A DNA stretch of 64,000 bases from Candidatus Omnitrophota bacterium. GTDB taxonomy: Bacteria > Omnitrophota > Gorgyraeia > Duberdicusellales > 4484-171. Within the stretch, counting starts at the first letter, position 1; every line of letters begins with the position of its first letter. Made by a program: the position numbers and the translations under genes. Below are positions 30,043 through 39,732 of this stretch, piece by piece. The DNA is taken from assembly GCA_037146775.1 (NCBI GenBank), contig JBAWWL010000002.1, positions 198,554 through 262,553 of the forward strand, in the 5' to 3' direction. The notes under the pieces were generated by a model. That model did no database searches and was not told the origin of the DNA. It was given only the letters and a program-made list of their open reading frames with translations.

Positions 30043-31089
30043 ATGATGTATAAAGCAAAAATGAGTGATTATAAACCGCGAGTTGAGAAAGGTGGCCAAA
30101 GACTTGGTGCGCCTTTCTTCGCGAGAATAGCGGTATTTTTAATCATAGGATTGGCATTAAGTATGGCTGTCTCCGGTCTTTATAAAAATCAGCGTCACGG
30201 AAAGGTTCGGCATACCATAGGCCGTAACTCGGAGAGAACTTTTGTATCGCCGGGACCTCGTCATAGAGAACAAAATGCACAATCCCTGCATCTGGCCGCG
30301 AAATCTTTAATAAATCAGGGCAGGTATCAAGAAGCAGAACGCCAAGCCCAAAAAGCTTTAAGCATTGATAACAGGTTTTACCGGGCATACATGGATTTAG
30401 GCGTTGTTTATTCAAGCTACGGCGATTATATAAAAGCAGAGAAAGCATTTAAGTCAGCGCTTGAATTTGTCGGTAATGATATTTTCGATCTTGAGATTAT
30501 TTACGCAGATTTTGGTCTGCTTTACTATGTTGAAAAAAGATTCGATGAAGCATGGGAATATTTGCGCAAAGCTTACGAAAGGAAAAATTATCTGGGGAAA
30601 AACTTTTGGGCTGATCACCGATTGATATATGTCGTCAAAAACGACAAAAACAAATTTATCGAACAGGCGATGAACGATAAAAAGCTTCCCCGCGAAATAT
30701 ATCAAAGGAAACAAAGAGTGAGCGCTTTTTTGGGAAGAAATAACGATGCAGCAATACGAGATTGTGAACAATTTATAACCGATAACCCCGGCTCCGTGTA
30801 TACGTATGTATTCCGCTCGATCATCGTAACGGCGCTGGAGAGAAAACAGGAGTATGAAAAAGCGCTTGATGAGCTCAGGTTGGTCGAGGCAGCAAATGTG
30901 CCGCCACACTATATTCCCTGGATAAAACATACCTATGCGTATATATACGATGCGAAAGGGGAAAAGCAAAGGGCCATTGATTATTTAAAAGATATTATTG
31001 CACATCATCCTGATTATGAATCGTTAGATAGAGTCAAAGAGAGATTGCATGAGTTGGAGGGTGAACATGGAGTCAAAAAAACCGACTAG
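30043..31089 (+). CDS. Membrane-anchored tetratricopeptide repeat protein
   Basis: One TM segment, then TPR patterns (AYMDLGVVY...GDYIKAEKAFKSAL). Confidence 0.75.
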   Translation: MMYKAKMSDYKPRVEKGGQRLGAPFFARIAVFLIIGLALSMAVSGLYKNQRHGKVRHTIGRNSERTFVSPGPRHREQNAQSLHLAAKSLINQGRYQEAERQAQKALSIDNRFYRAYMDLGVVYSSYGDYIKAEKAFKSALEFVGNDIFDLEIIYADFGLLYYVEKRFDEAWEYLRKAYERKNYLGKNFWADHRLIYVVKNDKNKFIEQAMNDKKLPREIYQRKQRVSAFLGRNNDAAIRDCEQFITDNPGSVYTYVFRSIIVTALERKQEYEKALDELRLVEAANVPPHYIPWIKHTYAYIYDAKGEKQRAIDYLKDIIAHHPDYESLDRVKERLHELEGEHGVKKTD

Positions 31090-32182
31090 CCTGAAAGTCG
31101 CAGGCATAGCTGCAATTGTCTATGGCCTGGTTGTTGCCTGGTTAATCTTTGGTTTTATGTCGGGAGAAAGAGGACACGCTTCTTATGTACACTTTGCGCC
31201 GCTGGTGGCACTTTATATTATTGGGGGTATAGAGATATTATTTGTACGGAATTGGGCGAGAAAACTTCTGGTTTGGTCTTTTCCGATTTCCGTTTTTTTG
31301 CTGCTCATATTTTGTTTCGGCAGTGCGGGAATTACAAAAGGTTTAGCGCTTTTTGCCTTAGCCATGTTTGTGGTATGCATAAATCCTTTATTGGTTGGTC
31401 CGCCAGTAGTATTTTTAATCTATTTTTCCCGAAAGCAGGTGAAAAAAATTTTTCTTCAACAGAAACAAAATGCACCAACAACACAAAAACAATTACCTAC
31501 CACAGAAATCGCATTAATTGTATTAGTGAGCGCAGGAACGTATCTTTTCTTTTCTTCGATGCATTCAGCAGTTGTTGAACACGATCTTTGCAGGTTACGC
31601 GCTTCTGACTTTAGGCCGGCAGAGTTCCCCGGTGATTATAGGGTTATCGAGGTTATAGACGGCAAGACCCTGAAACTTTCAAACGGCGAGACCGTAAGTC
31701 TTGCAGGTGTTATGGCCCCCATGATCAAACTGAGAGGAGAAAAGAGAATGGGCCAAGATTTGGATCAGGTAGTTCGCATGGGCCGCGAATCAAAAAGGTT
31801 TGTCGAGGAATTGATAAAAGGTAAGAAAGTTAGTTTATCCTATGAAGATAAAAAACGAGATGACAATGGATATTTGTTAACTAAGGTGTATATCGTCGGG
31901 TTTACCAAAGATGAGATAGTAAAACTAATCGGCCGCGGCACCGTATCTTATGAATGTCTTATTGATGACAGTATGGATACATCCGGATTAAGCAGAAAAG
32001 AAAAATTGCAACATGCCAGTTTTCGGGTCGATCTCAACAACACCATATTAAGCTCAGGCTATGCCGTTACCTCAAGTGATGCTTCTGAGGAACAAAAGTC
32101 TTACTCCCAACAAGCGTGTGAGGACAAAATAGGATTATGGAAAAGAAACGACCTTGAGAGTATCATTTATGGAAAAAAATAG
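31067..32182 (+). CDS. Multi-TM protein with C-terminal thermonuclease (SNase)-like domain
   Basis: VIEVIDGKTL, ESKRFVEELI.GKKV.L, LN..IL..GYA and A.EDKIGLW; RBS GGAGG before ATG 31067. Confidence 0.7.
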   Translation: MESKKPTSLKVAGIAAIVYGLVVAWLIFGFMSGERGHASYVHFAPLVALYIIGGIEILFVRNWARKLLVWSFPISVFLLLIFCFGSAGITKGLALFALAMFVVCINPLLVGPPVVFLIYFSRKQVKKIFLQQKQNAPTTQKQLPTTEIALIVLVSAGTYLFFSSMHSAVVEHDLCRLRASDFRPAEFPGDYRVIEVIDGKTLKLSNGETVSLAGVMAPMIKLRGEKRMGQDLDQVVRMGRESKRFVEELIKGKKVSLSYEDKKRDDNGYLLTKVYIVGFTKDEIVKLIGRGTVSYECLIDDSMDTSGLSRKEKLQHASFRVDLNNTILSSGYAVTSSDASEEQKSYSQQACEDKIGLWKRNDLESIIYGKK

Positions 32183-32438
32183 CGATACTGCCCACGCCGC
32201 TCACTTTCATTACCCTTGCGAATGGGAATATCGGATTATCGGCCCTAGCGAACAGGCGCTTAAGTCCGCAGTATCGCAGATTTTCTGTACCAAGAAATGC
32301 GATTTGTCCTTTTCGCACAAAAGCAGTACCGGAAAATATATTTCTCTGATACTGAAAACAGTTGTTGAAAGCGAAAATGAGCGTAACAATATTTATATTG
32401 CATTACGTAAACACGCGGCCATAAAGAGCGTGCTATAA
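32169..32438 (+). CDS. DUF493/YbeD family protein
   Basis: YPCEWEYRIIG and SSTGKYIS motifs; ends KSVL. Confidence 0.85.
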   Translation: MEKNSDTAHAAHFHYPCEWEYRIIGPSEQALKSAVSQIFCTKKCDLSFSHKSSTGKYISLILKTVVESENERNNIYIALRKHAAIKSVL

Positions 32439-32481
32439 AAATATTTATAGTTAACGATAGTAATACATAGGGAGGTATCGT

Positions 32482-33723
32482 ATGAAACATTCTTTTGGAG
32501 TTAAGCAATTTAGCTCAGGCTCCTGCTATTCTTATATTATTTCATCAGAAAACCAAGCCTTAATCATTGACCCGCATATCAGTTTATTTACAGAATATAG
32601 CGGCTATTTGAAAAAAAATAAATTACAACCCGTGTACGTTCTTGATACCCATACCCACGCAGACCATTTTTCTCTCGCCGCAGTGTTAAAGAAAGAATTT
32701 AAAGTTCCGGTATTAATGTATCAGAAGGCCATCTCAGAGGTAGTTAGCCGGCGCCTCAACGACAACGAAGAAATCAAGCTTGGGGCAGGTAGTTTCAAAG
32801 TTTTATACTCCCCGGGCCACACCGACGATTCCGTAAGTATCTATTGCACAGGTATGTTATTTACCGGTGATGTGCTTTTGATCGGCAGTGTCGGCCGGAC
32901 AGACTTCCAAAACGGTTCCCCTGAATCTATGTGTGATACTCTAGAGAGGTTAAAAACTTTGCCGCAAGAGACAATACTATACCCCGGTCACGATTATCAT
33001 GGTATGCGTTCTTCTGTATTGCGCAAAGAGAAGGAAATCAATCCTTTCTTGCGTGAGACAAATAGAGAAGCGTTTGTCAAAAATATGCGCGCTAAAATTA
33101 TACCTAAACCATTCAATATCGATAATATCGTTCGCGTAAACCAGAAAGGCGAGGCCGTATCCTTAGAGATGATCTCGCCTCGCAACGCGCAAGAGTTGCG
33201 CGTCAAAGATGCAAGTGTAAAGTTTTTGGATGTACGCTCTGCATTGGAATTTACTCAAGTTCATATTAAAGATTCCGTGAATGTCCCCATTGATCTGCTC
33301 ACGGCAAAATTAAACGAACTTTCTAACCAAAAGCAAACCTATATTGTATTCTGCCGTACCGGCAACCGTTCTCCTATGGCCGCGGACATGCTTATGCAGT
33401 CGGGGATCCATCCGGTAAAAATAATGAGCGGCGGCATTACCCGTTGGCAAAAAGAAAAACTGCCTGTCATAAAAGGAGAAGGCGGGATGTCCTTAGAACG
33501 GCAAGTACGAGCTATTGCGGGAAGCCTGGTCTTGCTTGGAATACTATTGTCTTGGTTTATCCACCCCTGGTTTATTGGTATTTCTATTTTTGTTGCCTGT
33601 GGGCTTATGTATGCGGGATTAACCGATAATTGTTTGATGGGAATGTTACTGATGAAACTTCCTTACAACAAAAAATTATACAAAACAAAATTAGGCGGCG
33701 GAACATGTTCCGTGGGTAACTAA
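32482..33723 (+). CDS. MBL-fold persulfide dioxygenase-like + rhodanese + DUF2892 fusion
   Basis: DTHTHADH, PGHT, GRTDF, YPGHDY; rhodanese CRTGNRS; SLERQVRAIAG...TDNCLM. Confidence 0.88.
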   Translation: MKHSFGVKQFSSGSCYSYIISSENQALIIDPHISLFTEYSGYLKKNKLQPVYVLDTHTHADHFSLAAVLKKEFKVPVLMYQKAISEVVSRRLNDNEEIKLGAGSFKVLYSPGHTDDSVSIYCTGMLFTGDVLLIGSVGRTDFQNGSPESMCDTLERLKTLPQETILYPGHDYHGMRSSVLRKEKEINPFLRETNREAFVKNMRAKIIPKPFNIDNIVRVNQKGEAVSLEMISPRNAQELRVKDASVKFLDVRSALEFTQVHIKDSVNVPIDLLTAKLNELSNQKQTYIVFCRTGNRSPMAADMLMQSGIHPVKIMSGGITRWQKEKLPVIKGEGGMSLERQVRAIAGSLVLLGILLSWFIHPWFIGISIFVACGLMYAGLTDNCLMGMLLMKLPYNKKLYKTKLGGGTCSVGN

Positions 33724-33761
33724 AAAATGTAATAACGTGATTCGAGAATCATTTACGCGCT

Positions 33762-34055
33762 ATGCCGGTATACATAATAATCGAAATCAAGATCAAAGAT
33801 AAAAAACCGTATCTTAAGTACATTGCGCAGGTCCGTTCTATAGTGGAGAAATATAAAGGCCGTTACCTGGTGCGAGGCGGCAAGATTACCCCGCTTTTTA
33901 ATAGTTGGAATCCTGAGAGGATCATTGTTATTGAATTTCCTTCCAGCCAGGACGTGAGCTGCTGGTTGAACTCCCCGGAATATAAAGCGATCGCTGGATT
34001 ACGGCAAGATTCTACCGTAACTAAAGCGATTATGGTTGAAGGCTGCGATAGGTAG
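33762..34055 (+). CDS. DUF1330 protein
   Basis: GRYLVRGG, VIEFPS and WLNSPEY motifs. Confidence 0.88.
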   Translation: MPVYIIIEIKIKDKKPYLKYIAQVRSIVEKYKGRYLVRGGKITPLFNSWNPERIIVIEFPSSQDVSCWLNSPEYKAIAGLRQDSTVTKAIMVEGCDR

Positions 34056-34145
34056 GCATTTTCAGGCAGCTGCAAGTTTGATTGTATTTTTTCTTTCTCG
34101 CAGTACAATATATTCGTAAAGGGAGCCGGCAATAAGGAGGAGAAT

Positions 34146-34493
34146 ATGAAATGTCCGATGTATGTTGATTATACACGAGGGTGTCTTGAAAAAATAGACT
34201 TCCTGCCGCAGAATACTCTTGCCTATTGTGAAACAGCCAAGCACAAAGAATGCCCATTTTATAGAACTTTAAATAACGTAGGTTTGTGCTGCGAATATAT
34301 TCGAACATGCGCCGCCTATAAGCATTTTGGTATACATGATTTTGAACAGTTTGTAAAAACAGCGAAAGAGTATTGTCTTTCCGAAAACAATCTTAAGTGT
34401 GAACGGTTTAAGCTTAAGAAAGCCGGTAAAACCGTTTCGGAAGTGCTGCTCCCGGACGGAAATACCATAGAAAAGAGGCGCAGGCAAGATTAG
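34146..34493 (+). CDS. Small Cys-rich hypothetical protein
   Basis: RBS AAGGAGG; nine Cys in two similar halves; ends LLPDG. Confidence 0.65.
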   Translation: MKCPMYVDYTRGCLEKIDFLPQNTLAYCETAKHKECPFYRTLNNVGLCCEYIRTCAAYKHFGIHDFEQFVKTAKEYCLSENNLKCERFKLKKAGKTVSEVLLPDGNTIEKRRRQD

Positions 34494-34681
34494 AAAGTAT
34501 TCTTCTTCGGCTCATCCGCACGCAGCATATTCTTCCACAAAAGAATTACTTCCCAGAAAGAAACCGCTCATTTCTCGAAACTTTCAGTAGAAAAATCGAA
34601 GTAGTTCAAGATATTCCATGATCGCTAGTTGCATTTTTCTGTCTTCTATTTTATAATTTATATATTTGCAAGACTAAGAAA

Positions 34682-34757
34682 GTACGTAGTATATAGTACA
34701 GCGTATATAGTATGGAATTGATTGTGTATCTTCGCGATATACGATATACGATGTACT
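34682..34757. repeat. Empty foldback heptamer array (TAGTATA / TATACGA type)
   Basis: gtacgtagtatatagtacagcgtatatagtat ... gatatacgatatacgatgtac, inverted halves with no gene between. Confidence 0.6.
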
Positions 34758-34781
34758 CCTTTTGTTAAGTAAGGTAAAAAA

Positions 34782-36206
34782 ATGACTAAAAATCAAATCT
34801 GGATTCTTGGCGGGGTCGCTTTCTACATGCTTGCGATGCTGCTTATTGGATACTGGGCAAGCAAAAGGGTGAAGAACGCCAGAGATTATATAGTTGCCGG
34901 CGGAAGGCTTGGCTGGATGCTTTCTGTCGGTACTATCTTTGCGACATGGTTTGGCGCGGAAACCTGCATGGGTTCTTCCGGTACTGCTTTTAAAAAAGGA
35001 ATCCTTGGTGTCATCGTCGATCCTTTCGGTGCAGGGCTTTGTCTTATCATATCGGGGTTATTCTTCGCGAAATATTTTCGCAAGCTAAACATCGAAACAA
35101 TCGTTGATTATTTCGAAATGCGTTACGGCAAGCGTGTATCTTGGTTTTTGGGGCTTATTTATATCCCTGTATATTTAGGCTGGATAGGTGCACAACTTCT
35201 TGCTTTTGGTTATATCCTGAATTCACTTACCGGACTTTCTCTCGTGATTTCTATTTTGATTTCGACGGCAGTAGTTATCATCTATACGTATTCCGGCGGC
35301 ATGTGGGCGGATACTATGACTGATTTATTCCAAGGCATCTTGCTCATTGTCGGGCTTCTGATTCTATTTCCGATTTTAATAAAAGACATAGGTGGGTTGG
35401 CGTTTGCGAAAGCAAACACACCCCGGGAATTTCTATATTTTTATCCGCATAGTACCTCAAGGCTTGATTGGTTAAATTATTTTCAGGCGTGGATCATTGT
35501 CGGATTAGGGTCTTTACCGGCGCAGGATCTGTTCCAGCGTACCATGGCGGCGAAGAGTGCAAAAGTAGCCAAGTGGGCGTCAATCCTTTCGGGAGTTTTA
35601 TATATCGTTATCGGTCTTATGCCGGTATTTCTTGGCATATTCGGCCGGCTGGCGTTTAAAGAAAGCTCAGGAGAAAATATACTTATCGAATTATCGTTGC
35701 GTTATCTTTCCGCGCCACTGGTGGCTTTGATGGTGGGCGCGCTTTTATCTGCCATCATGAGCAGTGCGGACAGCGCGCTCCTGGCACCCGCGAGTATCAT
35801 CGGGCACAATATCATCCCTTCCTTGAAACCAGACGCGAGCGAAGAGTTGCAGCTTAAATGGTGCAAACTGGGCGTGCCGCTTTTAGCTGTGCTTTCTCTT
35901 GCGCTTGCGCTTTATTTCAAAAATATCTATAAACTTTGCCAGGAATCATGGGGAGTGCTGCTTGTTGGTCTTGTCGCACCGATGATTGCAGGCGTTTATT
36001 GGAAGAAAGCAAATACTCAAGGCGCTATAGCCGGAGCAATAGGCGGCGTGGTGGCATGGATACTGTTTAAAATTTTTACTCCGGAAAATTTTCCGCATAA
36101 TTTATTTGGATTTGCCGTTTCCTGCGCCGTACTATGCGTTGTCAGTCTGCTCACACAAAAGACAAAAAGTTTACTTGAGGTAACAGAAAAAAGCGTGTTG
36201 CGGTGA
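34782..36206 (+). CDS. Sodium:solute symporter (SLC5/SSF) family
   Basis: DYIVAGG, FATWFGAE, YTYSGGM, QDLFQR and LSAIMSSADS motifs. Confidence 0.9.
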   Translation: MTKNQIWILGGVAFYMLAMLLIGYWASKRVKNARDYIVAGGRLGWMLSVGTIFATWFGAETCMGSSGTAFKKGILGVIVDPFGAGLCLIISGLFFAKYFRKLNIETIVDYFEMRYGKRVSWFLGLIYIPVYLGWIGAQLLAFGYILNSLTGLSLVISILISTAVVIIYTYSGGMWADTMTDLFQGILLIVGLLILFPILIKDIGGLAFAKANTPREFLYFYPHSTSRLDWLNYFQAWIIVGLGSLPAQDLFQRTMAAKSAKVAKWASILSGVLYIVIGLMPVFLGIFGRLAFKESSGENILIELSLRYLSAPLVALMVGALLSAIMSSADSALLAPASIIGHNIIPSLKPDASEELQLKWCKLGVPLLAVLSLALALYFKNIYKLCQESWGVLLVGLVAPMIAGVYWKKANTQGAIAGAIGGVVAWILFKIFTPENFPHNLFGFAVSCAVLCVVSLLTQKTKSLLEVTEKSVLR

Positions 36207-36394
36207 TCTCGGAATAATCATTCTTTTGATTACTGGCTAATGAGATTGATTCCTATACTTGGCCTCTATTTTATGGTAATATTATTGATGTAGCAACACC
36301 GCTTGAAATCTAAAAATCCTTTAAGTTTAATCGAAGCATAAAAATTACCGGCCTCTAGGCCCGGGAAATCCATACTAAAAAAATAAAGGCAGGC

Positions 36395-37522
36395 ATGTCC
36401 TCAGAAAAAATTATCTTTGACTATTCCACGCCAAAAACATTGCATCTTAAATTGCAGGGTGATTGGCGGATTACTTCAGGTCTTCCGGCAGTTACACGCA
36501 TTACTTCCGAGCTCAAAGTTCGCAAAGACATCAGCCAGATTACTTTCGATATGTTACAGATGCAGGAGTGGGATAGCGGGTTTGTGTCTTTCCTGTTACA
36601 GCTGTTTAGGGAATGCGAACATAAGAATATTCATATTGCTCGCGAGGGGCTTTCCCAGGGAGCGCAAAAACTGCTTACTCTCGCGTTGGTGGTGCATGAA
36701 AAAAACCTATCTCGTCAAAAAACTCGTGAGCCTTTTTTCGGAAGGGTCACGGATCGTGTTACAAAGACGGAAGAAAATATACGCTTCTTGCTTCATTTTT
36801 TAGGTGAGATTGCTGTTTCTTTTGGCCGCCTGCTGGTGGGTAAAGCTTATTTTCGTTGGGATGAATTTGTTTATATCGTGCAGAGATGCGGAATTGACGC
36901 GCTGCCCTTAGTTTCTTTGATTAGTATGTTGGTGGGCATGATTCTTGCTTTTATCGGAGCCATACAGCTCAAATTATTTGGGGTTCAGATTTTTATCGCT
37001 GACATCGTTGGAATTGCCGCGGTACGCGTAATGGGGGCGGTTATGACCGGTATTCTTATGTCAGGCCGTACCGGAGCTTCGTTCGCGGCGGAGCTCGGGA
37101 TTATGCAGGTGAACGAAGAAATCGACGCGCTTAAAACTTTAGGAGTTTCTCCGATTGATTTTTTAGTCCTGCCGCGTATCTTGGCTTTAGTTGTCATGAT
37201 GCCGCTTTTAACTCTCTATGCCGATCTGATGGGTATCGTGGGCGGTTTTGTTGTCAGTACCGGTATGCTTGGCCTTAATCCGGTAGAATATTTAACGCAC
37301 ACTCATGATGCAATAAAGATCAGTTATCTGTGGGTGGGGCTTGTGCATAGTTTTGTTTTTGGCATCATTATCGCGATTACCGGATGCCTTCGCGGAATTA
37401 AATGTGAGCGTAATGCTGCTGCAGTGGGAGAAGCGACCACCTCGGCGGTGGTTTCCGGGATTACCGCCATAGTGATTGCTACTGCAATTATTACCTTTGT
37501 GTGCCAGGTTTTAGGAGTGTAG
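36395..37522 (+). CDS. mlaE: MlaE-family ABC permease with N-terminal STAS-like domain
   Basis: GRTGASFAAELGIMQVNEEIDAL and VGEATTSAVV motifs. Confidence 0.88.
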   Translation: MSSEKIIFDYSTPKTLHLKLQGDWRITSGLPAVTRITSELKVRKDISQITFDMLQMQEWDSGFVSFLLQLFRECEHKNIHIAREGLSQGAQKLLTLALVVHEKNLSRQKTREPFFGRVTDRVTKTEENIRFLLHFLGEIAVSFGRLLVGKAYFRWDEFVYIVQRCGIDALPLVSLISMLVGMILAFIGAIQLKLFGVQIFIADIVGIAAVRVMGAVMTGILMSGRTGASFAAELGIMQVNEEIDALKTLGVSPIDFLVLPRILALVVMMPLLTLYADLMGIVGGFVVSTGMLGLNPVEYLTHTHDAIKISYLWVGLVHSFVFGIIIAITGCLRGIKCERNAAAVGEATTSAVVSGITAIVIATAIITFVCQVLGV

Positions 37523-37525
37523 TTG

Positions 37526-38293
37526 ATGGAAGCGACACCGATTATCCAAGTGACTAATCTTGATTTAAGCTACGATGATTATGTAGTGATGCGTAATCTT
37601 TCTTTTTCTGTGTATAGTGGCGACATTTTTATTGTTATGGGCGCAAGCGGCTGCGGCAAGAGCACGTTACTGAAAGCTCTTATTGGGCTTCAGGCTCCAG
37701 TCGGAGGAGAGGTTTTGTACAGCGGCAAGAATTTTTGGCAAGTGCAAGAGCAGGAACAACTGGCTATTATGCGCCGCTTCGGAGTCCTGTATCAAGGCGG
37801 TGCGCTGTGGAGTTCTTTGACTTTGGCCGAGAATGTTGCGCTTCCTCTACGGCTATACTCACATTTATCTTCCGAGCAAATACGGGAAGTGGTGGCGTTG
37901 AAGCTTTCGCTGGTAGGGCTTGGAGGTTACGAAGATTTTTATCCTTCAGACATAAGCGGAGGCATGCGTAAACGTGCCGGCCTTGCGCGGGCCATCGCGC
38001 TTGATCCGGATATCATATTTTTTGATGAGCCATCGGCCGGCCTTGATCCGGTAAGTGCGCGCCTTTTGGATGATTTGATTTTGCAGCTTAGGGACACCCT
38101 AGGCGCGACAATCGTGATTGTCACACATGAGCTCGCCAGTATTTTTACCGTGGGTAATAACGCGATATTTCTTGATGCGGAAAGTAAGACCATGATTGCT
38201 TCCGGCAATCCAAGGGATTTATTGGCTCATTCCAAAGATCCCAGGGTCATTCAGTTCTTAACCAGAGGAGAGAAACAAGGAGTTGGAAGATGA
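37526..38293 (+). CDS. mlaF: MlaF-family ABC ATPase
   Basis: GASGCGKS, ISGGMRKRAGLARA, FDEPSAGLDP and VTHE motifs. Confidence 0.88.
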   Translation: MEATPIIQVTNLDLSYDDYVVMRNLSFSVYSGDIFIVMGASGCGKSTLLKALIGLQAPVGGEVLYSGKNFWQVQEQEQLAIMRRFGVLYQGGALWSSLTLAENVALPLRLYSHLSSEQIREVVALKLSLVGLGGYEDFYPSDISGGMRKRAGLARAIALDPDIIFFDEPSAGLDPVSARLLDDLILQLRDTLGATIVIVTHELASIFTVGNNAIFLDAESKTMIASGNPRDLLAHSKDPRVIQFLTRGEKQGVGR

Positions 38294-38994
38294 GTAGAAA
38301 AGCGAACAAAACGGCGATAGGTATGTTTGTGGTAGGGGCGACAGCGCTGCTTGTCGTAGCCATCTTGGCTTTTGGTTCAGGAGCGTTTTTAAAAAAGTCC
38401 GATAAGTATGTTTTATTTTTTGACGGCTCTATCCAGGGCCTGTCTGTGGGCGCGCCGGTAATCTTCCGGGGAGTCAAGATCGGCAATGTTGCCGAAATTA
38501 GCCTGCTGTATGACCCGAAGAGCAAAGAAATCTTAATTCCTGTAGTTGTGGATGTGGAGCTTGCCCGCGTGAAAGGCGCTCCCGAGACATTCGGTTACGC
38601 CAGTTACGAGCAATTCATCCAGGAGGGCCTGCGTGGCCGGCTTGAGGTGGAGAATTTTATCACCGGTCAACTTATGCTTTCTTTTGATTTTTATCCGGAT
38701 AGGCCGGCAAAAATATACGATATTGAAACCGCATATCCGGAGTTGCCCGCGCTTCCTATATCGCCGGATATTTTTAAAGTCATGCGGGATATTCCTATCA
38801 AAGAAATTTCGGATAATTTAGAGCAAGTTGTCGCGGGGATCAATAAATTGATCAGCTCGGACGGTTTTTACGGAGTTAACAGCACGCTTCAGGAAGTTTC
38901 TCAGACCGCGCGTTCTTTGCGTTTGTTCGTGGAATATCTCGAGCAGCATCCGGAAGCATTTTTGAAAGGGAAACCAAATTCTAAAGGAGAGTAA
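38290..38994 (+). CDS. mlaD: MlaD/MCE-domain protein
   Basis: TM segment then GLSVGAPVIFRGVKIGNV; C-terminal YLEQHPEAFLKG (PqiB-like). Confidence 0.85.
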   Translation: MSRKANKTAIGMFVVGATALLVVAILAFGSGAFLKKSDKYVLFFDGSIQGLSVGAPVIFRGVKIGNVAEISLLYDPKSKEILIPVVVDVELARVKGAPETFGYASYEQFIQEGLRGRLEVENFITGQLMLSFDFYPDRPAKIYDIETAYPELPALPISPDIFKVMRDIPIKEISDNLEQVVAGINKLISSDGFYGVNSTLQEVSQTARSLRLFVEYLEQHPEAFLKGKPNSKGE

Positions 38995-38995
38995 T

Positions 38996-39655
38996 ATGAA
39001 GCAGAAAAGTTTTGTTTTTTGTGCGGGTGTAGTTTGTGTATTTTTTGTTTTGGCCTTGTATGGATGTATCTCTGTTGCTAATAGTCAAACGCCGCGATTT
39101 TATACGCTTCGTGCCATCGCTGACGACCAAGTAAGTAAAAAATTCAACATTTCTTCCCAAGTGATTATCGGTATAGGCCCGGTCGAAATTCCGGAATATC
39201 TTAATCGGCCGCACATGGTGACTCAGAATAAAGACCGGACGCTTAACTTTGCTCAGTTTGATCGCTGGGGAGAGTCTCTCGACCTTGCTTTCAAGCGCCT
39301 GGTTCACGAAGACTTAAGTGCCATGATCGGTGGAGCAACCTTACAGATGTTTCCCTGGAGTTTTGCTATTCCGGTCAAATATCAGGTGGTTGTGAGTGTC
39401 ATGCAATTAGAAAGCGCGCTTGATAAGGACCTGTTCTTTGTAGCGCAATGGTCGATTATCGATTTGGAAAGAAAAGAAATGGTTTTTACCAAAAGGTCAC
39501 AGTTTCGTCAAGCTATTAACCCCCATTCGTACGCTGGTTTAGCCCAAGCGCTCAGTGAGGTGTGTGTATCGCTTAGTAGTGAGATTGCCGAGGAGCTTGC
39601 TTCGCAAGCAGTTAACACTAATACCAGGAAAAAGAACCCTGCATCCAGAAGATAA
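38996..39655 (+). CDS. PqiC-family ABC auxiliary lipoprotein
   Basis: Lipobox LYGC; GIGPVEIPEYLNRP and FDRWGESL motifs. Confidence 0.85.
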   Translation: MKQKSFVFCAGVVCVFFVLALYGCISVANSQTPRFYTLRAIADDQVSKKFNISSQVIIGIGPVEIPEYLNRPHMVTQNKDRTLNFAQFDRWGESLDLAFKRLVHEDLSAMIGGATLQMFPWSFAIPVKYQVVVSVMQLESALDKDLFFVAQWSIIDLERKEMVFTKRSQFRQAINPHSYAGLAQALSEVCVSLSSEIAEELASQAVNTNTRKKNPASRR

Positions 39656-39732
39656 GTTTATTTTTTCTTCAAGATAGATGCGTGCTGGCCTTATATATAG
39701 GAAAGAGAAATATTAGCCATTCCCGCCAAAAG

